64,000 bases of DNA. It comes from Marsupella aquatica (Eukaryota; Plantae; Marchantiophyta). Made by a program: the position numbers and the translations under genes. The stretch spans positions 10,862,320 through 10,926,319 of the forward strand of contig OZ316892.1 of the NCBI GenBank assembly GCA_973895155.1. The letters are read 5' to 3'. Positions 38,825 through 51,506 of this stretch are shown here, in pieces (position 1 is the first letter of the stretch; each line of letters starts with the position of its first letter). Below the pieces are notes generated by a model. That model was not told the DNA's origin. It was given only the letters and a program-made list of their open reading frames with translations, and searched no databases.

Positions 38825-41800
38825 ATGAGTGACTCGGAGGATACTGGAAGAATTGGCGTCGGTGGAGCTTCAGGATCGCGACGTTCAGGCGGAGAGTCTG
38901 AGGAGGAGCTGCTACCGTTTGAGGAGGAACAAGTAATACCGGTACGATCACCGGTGCAACGTGCAGTGGAGGAAGCTGTACTACTACCAGAGCTGTCGGT
39001 AGTGGGGAAGAAGAGGCAGATGGCTAGATTTGGAGGAGTGAAGTTTGAGGTGGAGAAGTATGATGGTCGTACTGATTACTTGTTGTGGGAGAAGCAAGTG
39101 AAGGGTGTTCTTCGGGCCATGGGCTTAGCTCATCTGCTTTCTTCGCGAGAGCAATATGATGGAGAAGAGGAGATCTTAGAGAAGCAGTGGAGACAGGAGC
39201 AGGTGATTGTTGTCAATGCAGTGATGCTATATCTCAAGCCGCACATCATCAAGCAGCTGGATGATTATGCGGATTGCGCGTCACTGTTCAAGGTTCTTAG
39301 AGAGAAGTACTACCGGGAATATGCGTCAGACCGGCTGTACAAGAAGTCTCTCTTGATGAGCCTCAGGCTCAAGGAATGGAGCAAGATGCAGGATCACCTG
39401 GATGAGTTTGACAGTCTAGCGATGGATCTGTCAAACCTGGGAAAAGGAGTTGAAGATGAGGATAAGGCCTTGCTTCTGCTAAGCTCCTTACCGCCGTCAT
39501 ATCAGGGCTTGAAACAGGTGCTCTTGTATAGAGATCTAAAGTCCATTTTGTATAATGAGGTGGTGAGCTCCTTGCTGTTTGATGATGTTCAAAAGAAGCT
39601 GGGTCAATCACAGACAACATCTTCTTCTGGCACTGCGTTGAATGTGAACCGTGGAAGAGCAGCACAGCGCACGAATGGGCAGAACAGGTTTAGATCTACA
39701 TCACGGGGGAGATCTAAATCCAAAGGAAAATTGGAAGAGAGGAAGCCTCTTGCATGTTGGAATTGTGGCAAGCCAGGCCACATGAAAAGGGATTGTCGAG
39801 TAAAGAACCCTACTGCATCTGCTAACGCGGCATCGAGCTCGCATGAGGTAGATTTACTCGATGATGATGACATATTGTGATGTCAAGGTTATGCTCTCAA
39901 CGTAGTGTCAAATCCAGAGAGTGATGACTGGATTCTAGATAGTGCATGTACTTTTCACATTTGCTCTAGGAGAGATTTTTTCAGTTCTTACACGGATTCC
40001 AACGGGTCAGTGTTGATGGGAAATGGAATCCCATGTCAAGTTGTTGAACTTGGATCTGTAAGATTTCAGATGTTTGACGGTGCTGTGAGAACGTTGAGGA
40101 ATGTGAGACATATTCCCAGCATGATGAAAAATCTCATTTCACTTGGAGTTTTAGAAGCAAATGGCCATCAGTGGAGTTCTGCTAATGGTGTCCTTCAGGT
40201 TTCAACTGGTACTAAAGTTGTATTGAAGGGAAAGAGACATAGCAATCTATACATTTTGGAGGGCTGTGGAGTTTGTGATGAAGCCAATGTAACCTTATCT
40301 CATGAGGAGACGGCCCGGCTGTGGCACTTCCGTTTGGGCCACATGAGTGAAAAAGGTTTGGTTATTCTTCAGAAGAAAGGATTACTTTCTAATTTGCAAT
40401 CTTGTAAGTTGGAATTTTGTGAGCACTGTGTGCTAGGGAAGCAGCACAGGAAACCCTTCGGAGTTGGAACTCACACCAACAAGGAGATACTTGAGTATGT
40501 ACATAGTGATGTGTGGGGTCCAGCCCCTACTCCCTCACATTCTGGATGATTATACTATGTCATGTTAATAGACGATTACTCAAGGTATGTGTGGATATAT
40601 TTTATACACAGTAAGTCTGATGTTTTTGCCACTTTTAAGGAGTGGAAAGCCCAAGTTGAGAATCAGACTGGTAATAAGGTGAGATATCTACGATCGGATA
40701 ATGGCGGTGAATATAGTTTCGGGGAATTTAGAACGTATTGTAAGGATCAAGGGATAACCCACCATCTCACAACAAGTTATACTCCTCAGCAGAACGGTGT
40801 TTATGAGAGACTCAACCAAACACTGTTGGACCGCTCGAGGAGTATGATGAGTCAATCATGCTTACCACATGAGTTTTGGGCTGAAGCTGTCAACACTGCA
40901 GCTTATTTGGTAAATTTTTCTCCATCCAGTTCTATTGGATTCAAGACACCATATGAAATGAGGTACATGCGTCCAGCAGATTATTCATATCTGAGGATTT
41001 TTGGATGTGATGCTTATGTGCTTACACCTTCCCAGCTTCGATCCAAGCTGGAGTCCAAGTCGAAGAAGTGCATATTCCTTGGCTATCAGAAAGGTGTGAA
41101 GGGTTATAGGTTATGGGATCCAGTAACCTGTAAACTAATTGTCAGTAGAGATGTGTCCTTTAATGAGTCCAGATCATCAAAGGAGGGGGAGAGTTCTCAG
41201 GACTCCCATACTGACAAGGGGAAATCTCCCATCCCGGACCCGGTTGAGGGGGAGATTAGTCATGATGCAGTTCATGACAGGAGAGATGGAGAAGCTCCGG
41301 GCTTGGAGCTGGTTCCTGCGATGGAACAAGAGGAGCAGATTGTTGCTAGGGTACCTCAAATTCAACCAGCAACAATAGCAGATCAGCCTGAGTCATCTAC
41401 TAGAAGAACTTCCAGTCGTTCTACTAGAGCTCCTACCAGGTATGGTCAATGGGCAGACTCATCTAAGCTAGATGATATTGACATTGCACCTGATGATGAT
41501 GACATGACTTTGATCTTGGAAGAAGGAGAGCCTTCTTCGTACAGTGAGGCTTGTGCTTCAGAGCAGAAGCATGAGTGGAATGCAGCAATGCAGAGGGAGT
41601 TGCAATCTTTGAGTGACAACAAGACATGGGAGCTGGTGGAGCTTCCAAGAGGTCAGCAAGTGGTGGAAAGCAAGTGGATTTACAAGTTGAAGGACAGTCC
41701 TTCAGAGGGTGGAGATAAGATCTACAAGGCAAGGCTTGTTGCCAAGGGGTTCACTCAGAAGAAAGGAGTGGACTACAATGAGGTCTTTTCACCGGTGGCT

Positions 41801-42757
41801 AAGTATTCCACAATTCGGATCTTGTGTCAGCTTGTTGTGTTTTTTAATCTGGTGATGGATCAGATGGATGTTGTTACTGCTTTTCTCTATGGCAACTTGG
41901 AAGAGATGATCTTCATGAGACAACCACTAGGCTTTATGAAGAAGGGCCAAGAGAACTTAGTTTGCAGATTGCTCAAATACTTGTATGGATTGAAGCAATC
42001 TCCCAGACAGTGGAACAAGCGGTTTGATGATTTCATGCTTGCTCAAGGTTTTACAAGGATGGTGTATGATCCTTGTGTGTATACGAAATCAGTCAAGAAT
42101 GATGTATTTGGTTTCATCATTCTGGTGATCTATGTGGATGACATGCTGATTGTGGCTAAAGATCAATCTGAGGTTGACAATCTCAAGGCGAAATTGAGTG
42201 CTGAATTCAGGATGAAGGATCTTGGTAAGGCCAAAAGGATCTTAGGGATGGAGATTTTTAGGAACTCTGATACTGGACAGTTGTGCTTGAGTCAAGGCCA
42301 GTATGCGAGGAAAGTACTTGCACGATTCAACATGGAAAACTGTAAGCCAGTGAGTATTCCTTTAGCTTCACATTTTAAGTTATCATCGGCTTTCTCTCCT
42401 ACGGATTCTGTGGAGAAAGGTTTGATGGCTAAGATTCCTTATGAGAAGGCAGTAGGTAGTCTGATGTATTTGATGACTTGTATTAGGCCTGACTTGGCCC
42501 TAGCGATGGGCAAGGTTAGCAGATTCATGTCAAATCCAGGGAAGGTACATTGGGAAGCTGTGAAGTGGATTCTCAGGTATCTGAAGGGTACACAGGACTA
42601 TGGATTACTATTTGATAACAGATCAGATAGAACGTTAGTTGGCTATGTAGATTCTGACTATGGAGGCTGTCTGGATACAAGGAGGTCTACAACTAGGTTT
42701 GTATACACTCTTGGAGGAGGATGTATCAGTTGGAAATCTACCTTGCAGAAGTGCATT
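38825..42757 (+). pseudogene. Copia gag-pol (gag, zinc knuckle, PR, GAG-pre-integrase, INT, RT, start of RNaseH)
   Basis: Motifs KFEVEKYDG, CWNCGKPGHMKRDC, WILDSACTFH, LWHFRLGH, HSDVWGP, LRSDNGGEY, YKARLVAKG, YVDDML. One frame with in-frame TGAs at 39878 and 40547; cut by the CACTA at SWKSTLQKCI. Confidence 0.95.
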
Positions 42758-43402
42758 CACTACAACACTACCGACCCCTTTTGCGAACCCCGTCCCATCG
42801 CAACTAACAAAGGACCAAATTATGAAATTCTGGCGTTTGCGAAACGCTACGCATCGTAACTCTTTCGCATTCTTTGAAACCCACAGCTTCACAATCGGAC
42901 TTTCGCAACCCCTTCGCAACACCTTCGCACACTGCGAAACTTATTTTATCGCACATAAATCACATTTATGCGATCTCGACAGACTCTTTATCGGTTTGCG
43001 ACGCGCTCTGAACTATAACTTATTTGCGAAGCTGTTGTCTTGACAATTCCGTTGCCATTCATATTGTATCGCATAACTGCATCAGTCAGGGTGTCGCACA
43101 ATTGCGGAACCAAAAGTATCGCAATGTTCCAATAATCAATGTATGGCAAGTTTGTGATAGTATGGCGTTCGCATGTGTTTCGCAAGGATAGTTTGAGGGC
43201 TTGGTTTTGTATATTTGGGTTCATAATTGGGTTGGGGTCTTATTTCTCCACATGAAGATACCAAAGCAAAACTTTATATATGCCAAAAATCCCTGAATGT
43301 ACAAAAATTAGGGTTTTCTAAAACCCTATGGGGTATCAAATACCAAGACACTGTCCTTTGACTAATCCATATGCCATACGGAGTGAACTACATCTGCATC
43401 CT

Positions 43403-45428
43403 CTAGAATGGAGCCCGCCTACTCCTCTTTGCTGGCCTCTTCCCCTTGTCCTTCTTGCTTTGGGCGGGACGAGCTGGACGGGAGGGGGGTGGTGGTGGTG
43501 GTGGCGGTGGTGGTGGTGCCTGCTGCTCCTCCCCATCTGGCTCATCCTCATCATTGTCATCATCCTCATCATCATCCTCCTGGTCTCCTGGTGTGCTAGG
43601 TGTGGCAGCACTCCCTGCCCCTCTAGACCCACTCGTGGTGGCCCCGGTAGTGTCCCCATCATCAGCGCCGCTATCCTCCTCACTGCTATCCTCACTCCCC
43701 TCCTGCTCCTCCTTATCCTGCTTCCATGTCACAAGGTTAATTCGGGTTTAGGGTTAATAGGAAAAATGTATAAACCTTATAAATGGAATGGGTGCGGGTT
43801 TAGAAGGGTACTACAAATCACTCACACTAGCCAACTCTGCATCAACCAACTCAAAGAGATGTCTGGCCCCATGCTCTGCCCCTATCTCCATCTCCTTTGT
43901 TGTTATCTTGCGGCGGTACCTCTTATACTACCACAAAAAAATGAAACACCAAAACATAAGGGGCCCGGGTTAGTAACTAAGGGTACTTAAGCAAAAAAGG
44001 AATCCTAAAAAGGGTAAAAAGGGTACCCTAACCAGAAAAAACCCCATTACCCTAACAAACAAGCTTTGCGAAACTCCCACCTTCGCAAATTCAAATATAT
44101 TTAAGTTTGCGAAATAGACTGCGAATTGGATTGCCTCGCAATGGCTTCGCAAACCTTACGGGAAAAAGGTTATAATAGAGTTTGCGAAACAATTGCGAGG
44201 CAACCCGCTTCGCAATTGTTTCGCAAATTGTGCTTTTAAAAAAATCCGAGAAATGGCTAAGGCACGCAATGTGTCAGGGTGACCTAAAATGAAAGGGGAG
44301 GCCATAAGGGGTAAAGCAGAGGTCTGCAAGGGGCATTGCAGGCAAGCAAACAACAATTGAAGGCGAAGGAAAAGAAGCAGGGGAGGAGGGGAGAGGACTC
44401 ACGAAGGTTGCTTTCAGGTCGGGAAGTCCACCTTGCCCCATCTTGTGTGTGGTCTTGGGGCGTTTGCTGACTCGGTCTGCTGCAAGGATGAACTTCTGGG
44501 GTGGTGTCCCCACTTCATCCACGATGTGCTGCAGCTGAGAGACCTTCTCAGCCAATGCCTTGAGGTCTTTGTCTGACTTCCCGGCCTGAAGTGCCTTGGC
44601 CTCCTTCTCCTTCCAGAATTGGAGGTCCTTGGTTGCTTTCAGCTGCACCTCGACCTTATAGAACGCGTTCCACACATCCTCTGTGAATTGCACTGGCCTC
44701 CTCACGTTCCTGTACTCCTGCAAGCTTGCCAGGTAGGCCCTCACCTTCCTCCTATCATGGTATCGTGCTTGAGACATTGAATTCGAAATTCTATTTGTAA
44801 GCCACTGGTCATCAATCTCTGCTCCATTTCTGAATGAATCTTTGACCTGAGTCATTACTTTCCTCTGCTCTGCTCTGCTTAGTTTCCCCCACTCAACACC
44901 TCGTGCAAAGCTAGTCCTCACAGCAAGCCTGATAGTGCTCTTTGCCCCAATGTAGGCCAACTCAGTAGGAATGCCCTCAACCAAGGCAATCAATGGCAGC
45001 TTCTTCCTCTCTTCCTCCTTTTTCCACTGCGCCTCACGTTGTGCTCGAATCTCATCTCGTTCCTCCCTTCTCCTCTTCTTTTCGAGGGCTGCAGGAGAGA
45101 GTACTCCTGCCTTAGCCCTCTCCTCCTTCTTTCGTTTATTCTCTCTGGCCTTCTCCTCAGCTACAGCCTTTGCCTCTTTCTCCCTCTGAGCCTACCCTGC
45201 TGCAACCCCGGTTTGCAAAGCTTGCCCTAGAATTGCACTCAAAGAAGCAATCCCAGCTGGTGTACTCAAATCCAAATGGCTCAGCTGTGTGGCATTGAGA
45301 TGCTCGGCCATCAAATTCGTCCATTGATTACTCTCCTCATTCCTGTTCCCTCCATTGCCATTGCCACTCCCACTCCCACTCCCACTTGCCCCTGCCCCAT
45401 CCCCTCCACGCCCTCCACTAGAATCCAT
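43403..45428 (-). CDS. CACTA ORF2/TnpA-like gene, divergently transcribed, 3 exons (~480 aa) with one premature TAG
   Basis: Exons 45428-44403, 43927-43826 and 43717-43403 have GT-AG boundaries, all phase 0; TAG at 45192-45194. Contains a charged coiled-coil, HKMGQGG (resembling the H..G..G motif of En/Spm ORF2 proteins) and an acidic, poly-Pro, basic tail. Confidence 0.6.
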
Positions 45429-46794
45429 AGCTATCCAACACCAAGCGCGCACAAGCTCTCCTCCTGCCCTCCCTCACTTCAAAAAACGTCGAATGGGCCT
45501 TGTAACCCGGCGGGAAGGTCCGAATGCCCAGACAAAACACATTTGCGACGCAGTCCACATCGCAATTTGCGAATCAGCCCGCTTCGCAACTAGTATCTCA
45601 ACTTTCCAAAACCAATGCGAAACCACACGCTTCGCAAAGCCTTCGCAAAGCTGCAGACACGCGAAAAAATGCTCTCGGGCTCTGTTTTTCTGAAGCTATT
45701 GCGAAACATTTTGCTTCGCAAATAATGTGACCAAATTCTGAAGCAGGTTGCAAAGCAGGTCGGTTCTCAATATCGTGGCAATTCCTGGCGAATTTTTTTT
45801 TCACATTCTTTCCCTCCTCCTTTTGTTTAGGCCATGTAAGTTATACTATGCCCTTTTGTGTAATTAAGAAATTCCACCGTTTCAAATCCCGGCGTTTGTT
45901 AGGGTTGGGTCTTGGATGAAGCTGGTTTTTTTAGGGGTTAAAAGCGAGATTACCAGTCAAACATTCCGTTTTTTAAGCTATACATGGTGTGGGTGTAGGC
46001 TAATTTTGATAAGAGTTGGGTTTTGGTTTAAAATTAATAAGTGAGGAAAGGGTTTAGGATTAAAGTTGGGTTTGGGTTTAGGGTTTAAGTCTTTAATTTT
46101 GGGTTTAAGCAGGGTTTGCATTTGTGGTTGTAGGCTTTTAGGGTTCAAGCAAGGGTTTAGGGTTTAAAACAAAAGAGAGGAAGGGGATTGGGAGTGAGGG
46201 TCTAGGTTTTTGTAATAGGTCAGAGGTTTGGGGGTGAGGGTTTGGAAAAGGCAAAGCAAGGTTAGATGAGATTAATGTTTTAGTTGTTTTACCATGGGTT
46301 TTATGGGTTTTAATGGGTTTTATGGATCTTTTGGGTTTTAATGGTTTTTCCATGGGTTTTATGCTAACAAAGGAGGAGGAGCTATGACAACTTGCAGGGT
46401 GCGGCACTTTTGCATGAATTGATACTAGCTAATGCGTATGCATCGTATGAGCCCGGGCATCTGGAGGTACGGACTAAAATAGATGGGTCTAGTTAGGCTT
46501 ATTCATGTAATTAAAATTTTTGGTTCCCACTATCTATAAAGAGGACATGTATGTAAGGTGTTCGCTTTGTGTACTTGCAGCTTTTCTCATACTTCCAGAT
46601 TCGGTTCATTATTTTAGAGCCACAAGACCTATTGGCACCGCTGAGCCTGGGTCTCAGAAAGATATTTTTTAGTGTTCCTTTTGTGTTTGGTTTCATGTCA
46701 TCATTACTTGAGAACTTACATTTGTCCAGCTTGATATTGTGATGTTATTTGGTAATAACCCCTAACTTGCAAATTATACATCTTTGTAGGGGCA

Positions 46795-47945
46795 ATGTCT
46801 TCATCTTCTAAGATCTCCACCACAGATTCTTCCTCCTCCGATGAAGATATACCACCTCCTCCTCAACCTCACACGACTGCACCTCCTCCTCGTGGTCCAC
46901 CCCGTCAGCTTTGCCAATGTGCCAAATGCGTGGGTCAGGTTTCCCAAAAGTCCTATATATGCACCCAGCATATTGAGAGATATGGACGTTACGGACGTCA
47001 TACAACAGGGGCTTCCTCATCCCATGTGGTAAGTGTTTACGCCTTAGTTTCTACCCTATTTCCACATTGCAATGGTGAAGGTTTTTAATTTCACACCTCT
47101 TGTTGTTTGTTTTGGTTTGGGTGGAATAGGTATCTAGTAGGCCTAGACCTGCGGCATCAGCACCTTATGTCCCATCACAAGGTGTTCTAGATGCTATAGG
47201 CAATGCATTCTCACAAGCCTTGGGTCTAGCAACAACCCCCTCCAGTCCTAGGGCAGTTGGGGGTGAGCCTGTTGTCCCAAGAGGGAGAAAGCGTTCCAAG
47301 AGACGGCCCCGAGGGGATACTGATTTGTACAAGGCAGTGGTTACCGGTAGGTGGGGTGATTGTGAGTTTACTGGCAGATGTGTTCCTATCATCAAGGACT
47401 GGGATCCCCAGACTCTTGGTTTGCCACAAGAGCTTTCCTATGGTGAGGAGGTAGAGGTTTGGGGAAGACGTTGGGTTATCAAACCTTCCACACTTGGGGA
47501 TAGACATGGCTATGGAGTTTTTGCTTGTGAAGACATCATTGTGGATACCGAGAGTGGTAGTGGTGGACGCGGTCGAGAAGGACCTACGTTGTTTCCTTAT
47601 GGTGGACCCATCTACAAGAGAAGACATTGGAACATGATCCTTGCACAACATCCTGAGTGGAAGACTTATGCCTTGGAGTTAGATACTTTTGATGGAAACA
47701 CTAGGAGGTATAGTGAGGAGCGGGTGATAGATGGGGACCCCATACGAACTGGGTATATAGCTGGTTTCATAAACAGTACTGTGGGGACTCGCCCCAAGCG
47801 TAGGCAAAATTGTGAGTGGGTTTTCATTGAGGGTCCTCCACCAGCCCCTTATGGCCAGACATATCATCATGACCATTGTCTGGTTGTAGCTACTAGGACC
47901 ATTCACTCAGGTGATGAGTTGTTTACTCACTATGTGTGGGATTAG
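46795..47945 (+). CDS. Transposon-encoded zinc-knuckle plus SET-domain protein (349 aa; exons 46795-47028 and 47130-47945)
   Basis: Exon 1 has CQCAKC-x13-HIERYG (CACTA transposase-associated type). Donor GTG/GTAAGT and acceptor AATAG are phase 0. SET motifs: IKPS..GYGVFA..DI, FPYGG, YAL, IDG, GFINS...NC, VVATRTIHSGDELFTHY. NLS-like RGRKRSKRRPR. No stops or frameshifts. Confidence 0.82.
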
Positions 47946-50900
47946 AAAATGACCATACACATGGCGTTTGGCCACATTTTGTATTTACACCAGTACCGAT
48001 ATTATTTCATGTTTACACACCCCCATATATTCTTCTACATGTTGTAACTATTTGCTTTGTAACTTTCAATTGTTTGCATTGTTTTTAGAATGTGCGACCC
48101 TCTCAAAATATGTTACCGCGGAGATTGAGAGCAGCATATCGGGAAATGGGTATGCCAGAAGAAGGACAAGGCTCTGAGTCACATTCCTCATCAAGTGACA
48201 GTGGAAGCAACAACCCTGATTGCAATGTACCCAGAACATATGAACAGGTTATTGATGACCAAGATAGAGCCATGGATGATTTTATGGTTGATTGGTTTGG
48301 TGTTGACGTCCCTGGTGATGATGCTGAGGTGTCTGCTGATCAAGGAGGTCATGTGCCCCCCAATGATCCACGACCAAGACATACCCCCAAGGGACAGCGC
48401 CAATGGGAGGAAGCAGAGGAACATGCCCGAACTCCTATCTATGAGGGTGCTCGTTTGAGTCATCTTTCTGCTATCTTGGGGTTGATGAATCTACAGGCCA
48501 AACACAAGGCAAGCAATGCCTTGTTATCTGATATGTTTGCACTTTGCAATGACCTTATGTTACCTTCTGGCAATGTGTTGCCAGGAACTTGGAAGGAGGC
48601 CAAGCGTGTTCTCTCATCAATTGGCATGGAATATCATATCATTCATGCATGTGTGAATGATTGCATGTTATTTCATGGGGCCGATGAGAAGAAGACACAG
48701 TGTACTGAATGTCATGAGCCACGGTATGACCCCAACATGATTACAAAGAAGGTGCCAAGAAAAGCTGTTCGTTGGTTTCCCATCATTCCTTGGTTGTTGC
48801 ACATGTACAGGTGTTCTAATTTGGCAGAGTTGATGGTATGGCATAAGACTCATCGATCAAAGCCTGGTGTTATGCGGTTGCCAATTGACTCTCCTGCAGT
48901 CAAACATATTGAGGAAACATGGCCAGACTTTGCACATGATCCTCGTCATGTGAGGTTGGGATTGGCATCTGATGGGGTTAGTCCTCATGCCCTTGGAGGC
49001 AAGGGAAGACCTACATCAGTTTGGCCTATGGTTGTGATGAATTATAACCTTCCACCATGGCTATCCATGAAGAAGGGGTTCCTCTTGCTGTCTTTGATTA
49101 TTCCAGGTCCAAAAAAGGTGAAAAACTTTGACACTTATTTGGCACTATTGATTGGAGAACTCCAAAAACTGTGGGGTGGAGTGTGGGCATATGATGGCAG
49201 GAAAAATACAGGAGGCATTCCACGTGTATTTAAATTGAGAGGGGTAGTTTGTTGGACAATGCATGACTATCCTGGTAAGATGACTTTTTGACCATATGCC
49301 ACCCTTCTTTGATATGCTCTTTAATATACTTGTTTGTCATGTGACAACCCTAACATTTAGTCTGGTTTTATTTTTGGTGTAACCAGGGTTTGGCTTTGTC
49401 TCTGGATTGCAAACTCAGGGGTACAAAGCTTGCTCCACCTGTGGTCCACAATTGCAAGATATGGCAATTTGGTCCCCATGGCTTAGGAAGATTGTTTACA
49501 TTGGGCATACAAAGTTTCTTCCAATGGGGCATGAGATGAGGTCTGACCCACTTTTATTTTCCTCCTTTGACATGCCCCTTAGTGATATGCGGGAAATTCC
49601 GGAACCAACAACTTTTGGGCATTGGAAGTCACTAGCTGATAGGGTGGCAGACCCTGATGATCCCCTCACCTTTGATGGTACTGGGTTGACGAGGTGGAGT
49701 ATACTAGCCAGTTTGCCCTATTGGTCAGAGTTGAAGATCCGCCATCTTTTAGACCCCATGCACATAGAGGGAAATGTGGGGAAGGCGTTGATAGCTCATT
49801 TTTATGGGGAGAAGGACACTAACTTCAGGGAGGCATGTGAAGAGTTGGAAATGCATCCAGATGTATGGGTACAAGTTGATCCTGCCACAGGTTTGGAACA
49901 TCGTCCTTCTGCTCCTTGGGTGCTTAGTGTTGGCCAAAGATGTGAATTCCGGAATCGTATAGGGGAGATGCAATTTCCTACAGGCTATGGTGCCAATTTG
50001 AGGAAAGCTTTTGGGATGGAGGACAATCACAAATGGCCACGGTATCTCAAGACACATGACTATCACCGCTTATTGCAGCATATATTGCCAGTGGCAATTA
50101 TAGGGTTGGGGATCAAAGAAGTGCAAGATGCCATTTGGTCATTGGGTCGTTTGTTGAGATGGATATGCTCAAAGGAGATATATGTGGAAGAGATTCCTGG
50201 AATGGAGGTATTGGCAGCTGAGGTGGTTTGCAAGTTGGAGAAGGCCCTCCCTCCTTCCTTCTTTGATTGTCAGGTTCATTTACTTGTGCATCTTGTGAGG
50301 GAGGTTGCCATTGCTGGTCCAGTTCATTGTCGATGGATGTACTGGCTTGAGCGTTACATGTCAGTCTTGAAGGCTTATGTACGTAACCGTGCACGAGTGG
50401 AGGGAAGCATAGCTACAGGATACTTGGCTGCAGAGAGCATGTTTTATTGTAGTAACATCTTGGCCACCATTGATCGGACTTTACCACGTACTTGGATGGA
50501 GGAGAGGCAAGAGGAGGAGGACCGTTTAACAGGAGCAACAAAAACACGCATGCTTACATCAACAGAGTGGACACAGTTGAATACATTCATGTTGAGTAAT
50601 AGCAATGTCATGGATGAATGGAGGGAGTTTTATGACAATGCCAAAAGAATGAGTCAAAGGGCAAGGATTTTTCCTAAGTTGCATGAGTTTATGAAGGAAA
50701 AGTTGGTTGAGTTGGATGGCATTTTGGCACAAGGAGGAGATGTCTCACAGTTTCCTACTATGACAAATGACATTCGGACCATTGTTCATGGCCCTTTGAG
50801 AGTGGTAACATCCAAGACGGCCATGTGGACCCAAGGGAGACACTTCAGGTTTCACTAGTTCCTAACCTTGTTTTCCATATTCATGTACTACTACTTAAGA

Positions 50901-51506
50901 TATAGTAATCATTTTACTTAAGATAAGTGTGTTTTTCTCTTTTGGTATGAAAGGTTCCTCATAACATGATTAGTGTTTTTTGTGTAGTAGTAACAATATA
51001 TGGGTCTTGTTAATTTCAGGATTTCTTCCCTTGATGAGAAGAGGGCTCGTACTTTTGATTGTGGAGTTCAAGGGCAGTTTTGTCAGGACTCCCGGAGTAG
51101 CCGACATGACAGGAACATTGTTCGTGATGTTGTGCCACACTATGGGAAGATAGAGGAGATTTTGGTGGTCTCATATGACAACCAATCTAAGTTTGAGGAG
51201 TATGTCTTCAAGTGCAAGTGGTTCAAAGTGAACCTTGTTGGTAATAATCGCACTGTACTCCAAGATGAGAGTGGGTTTACACGGTTGAGGACAAGTGCCA
51301 CTAGTTTTCAAGCATCTCATTGGCAAACGTCAGAGCCATTTACTTTCCCATCTCACTTGGAGCAATGTTTCTACGTTCCATACCCCTTAGACCCAGAGTG
51401 GTCACTTGTCATCACATATGTGCCACGGTCTCGTTCCATTGTTTCAGACAAGCCAGACACTATTTTTGTGTCAGATGTAGAGGACATTGAAGGTGACCAA
51501 GTGTGA
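46795..51506 (+). CDS. CACTA TnpD-like transposase (Transposase_21 plus DUF4218/DUF4216-like regions), apparently intact, ~1122 aa
   Basis: Exons 46795-47028 (shared, inferred), 48089-49274, 49387-50848 and 51020-51506 have GT-AG boundaries and consistent phase. Motifs IHACVNDCMLF, RHVRLGLASDG, YNLPPW, MHDYPG, LDPMHIEGNV, LKTHDYH, GPVHCRWMY, FKCKWF. Confidence 0.92.

Noticed and set aside
43328-43990. 220-aa + strand ORF with Trp/Ile/Leu runs resembling a membrane protein
   Set aside because: Antisense shadow of the acidic, poly-Pro last exon of the minus-strand CACTA gene.
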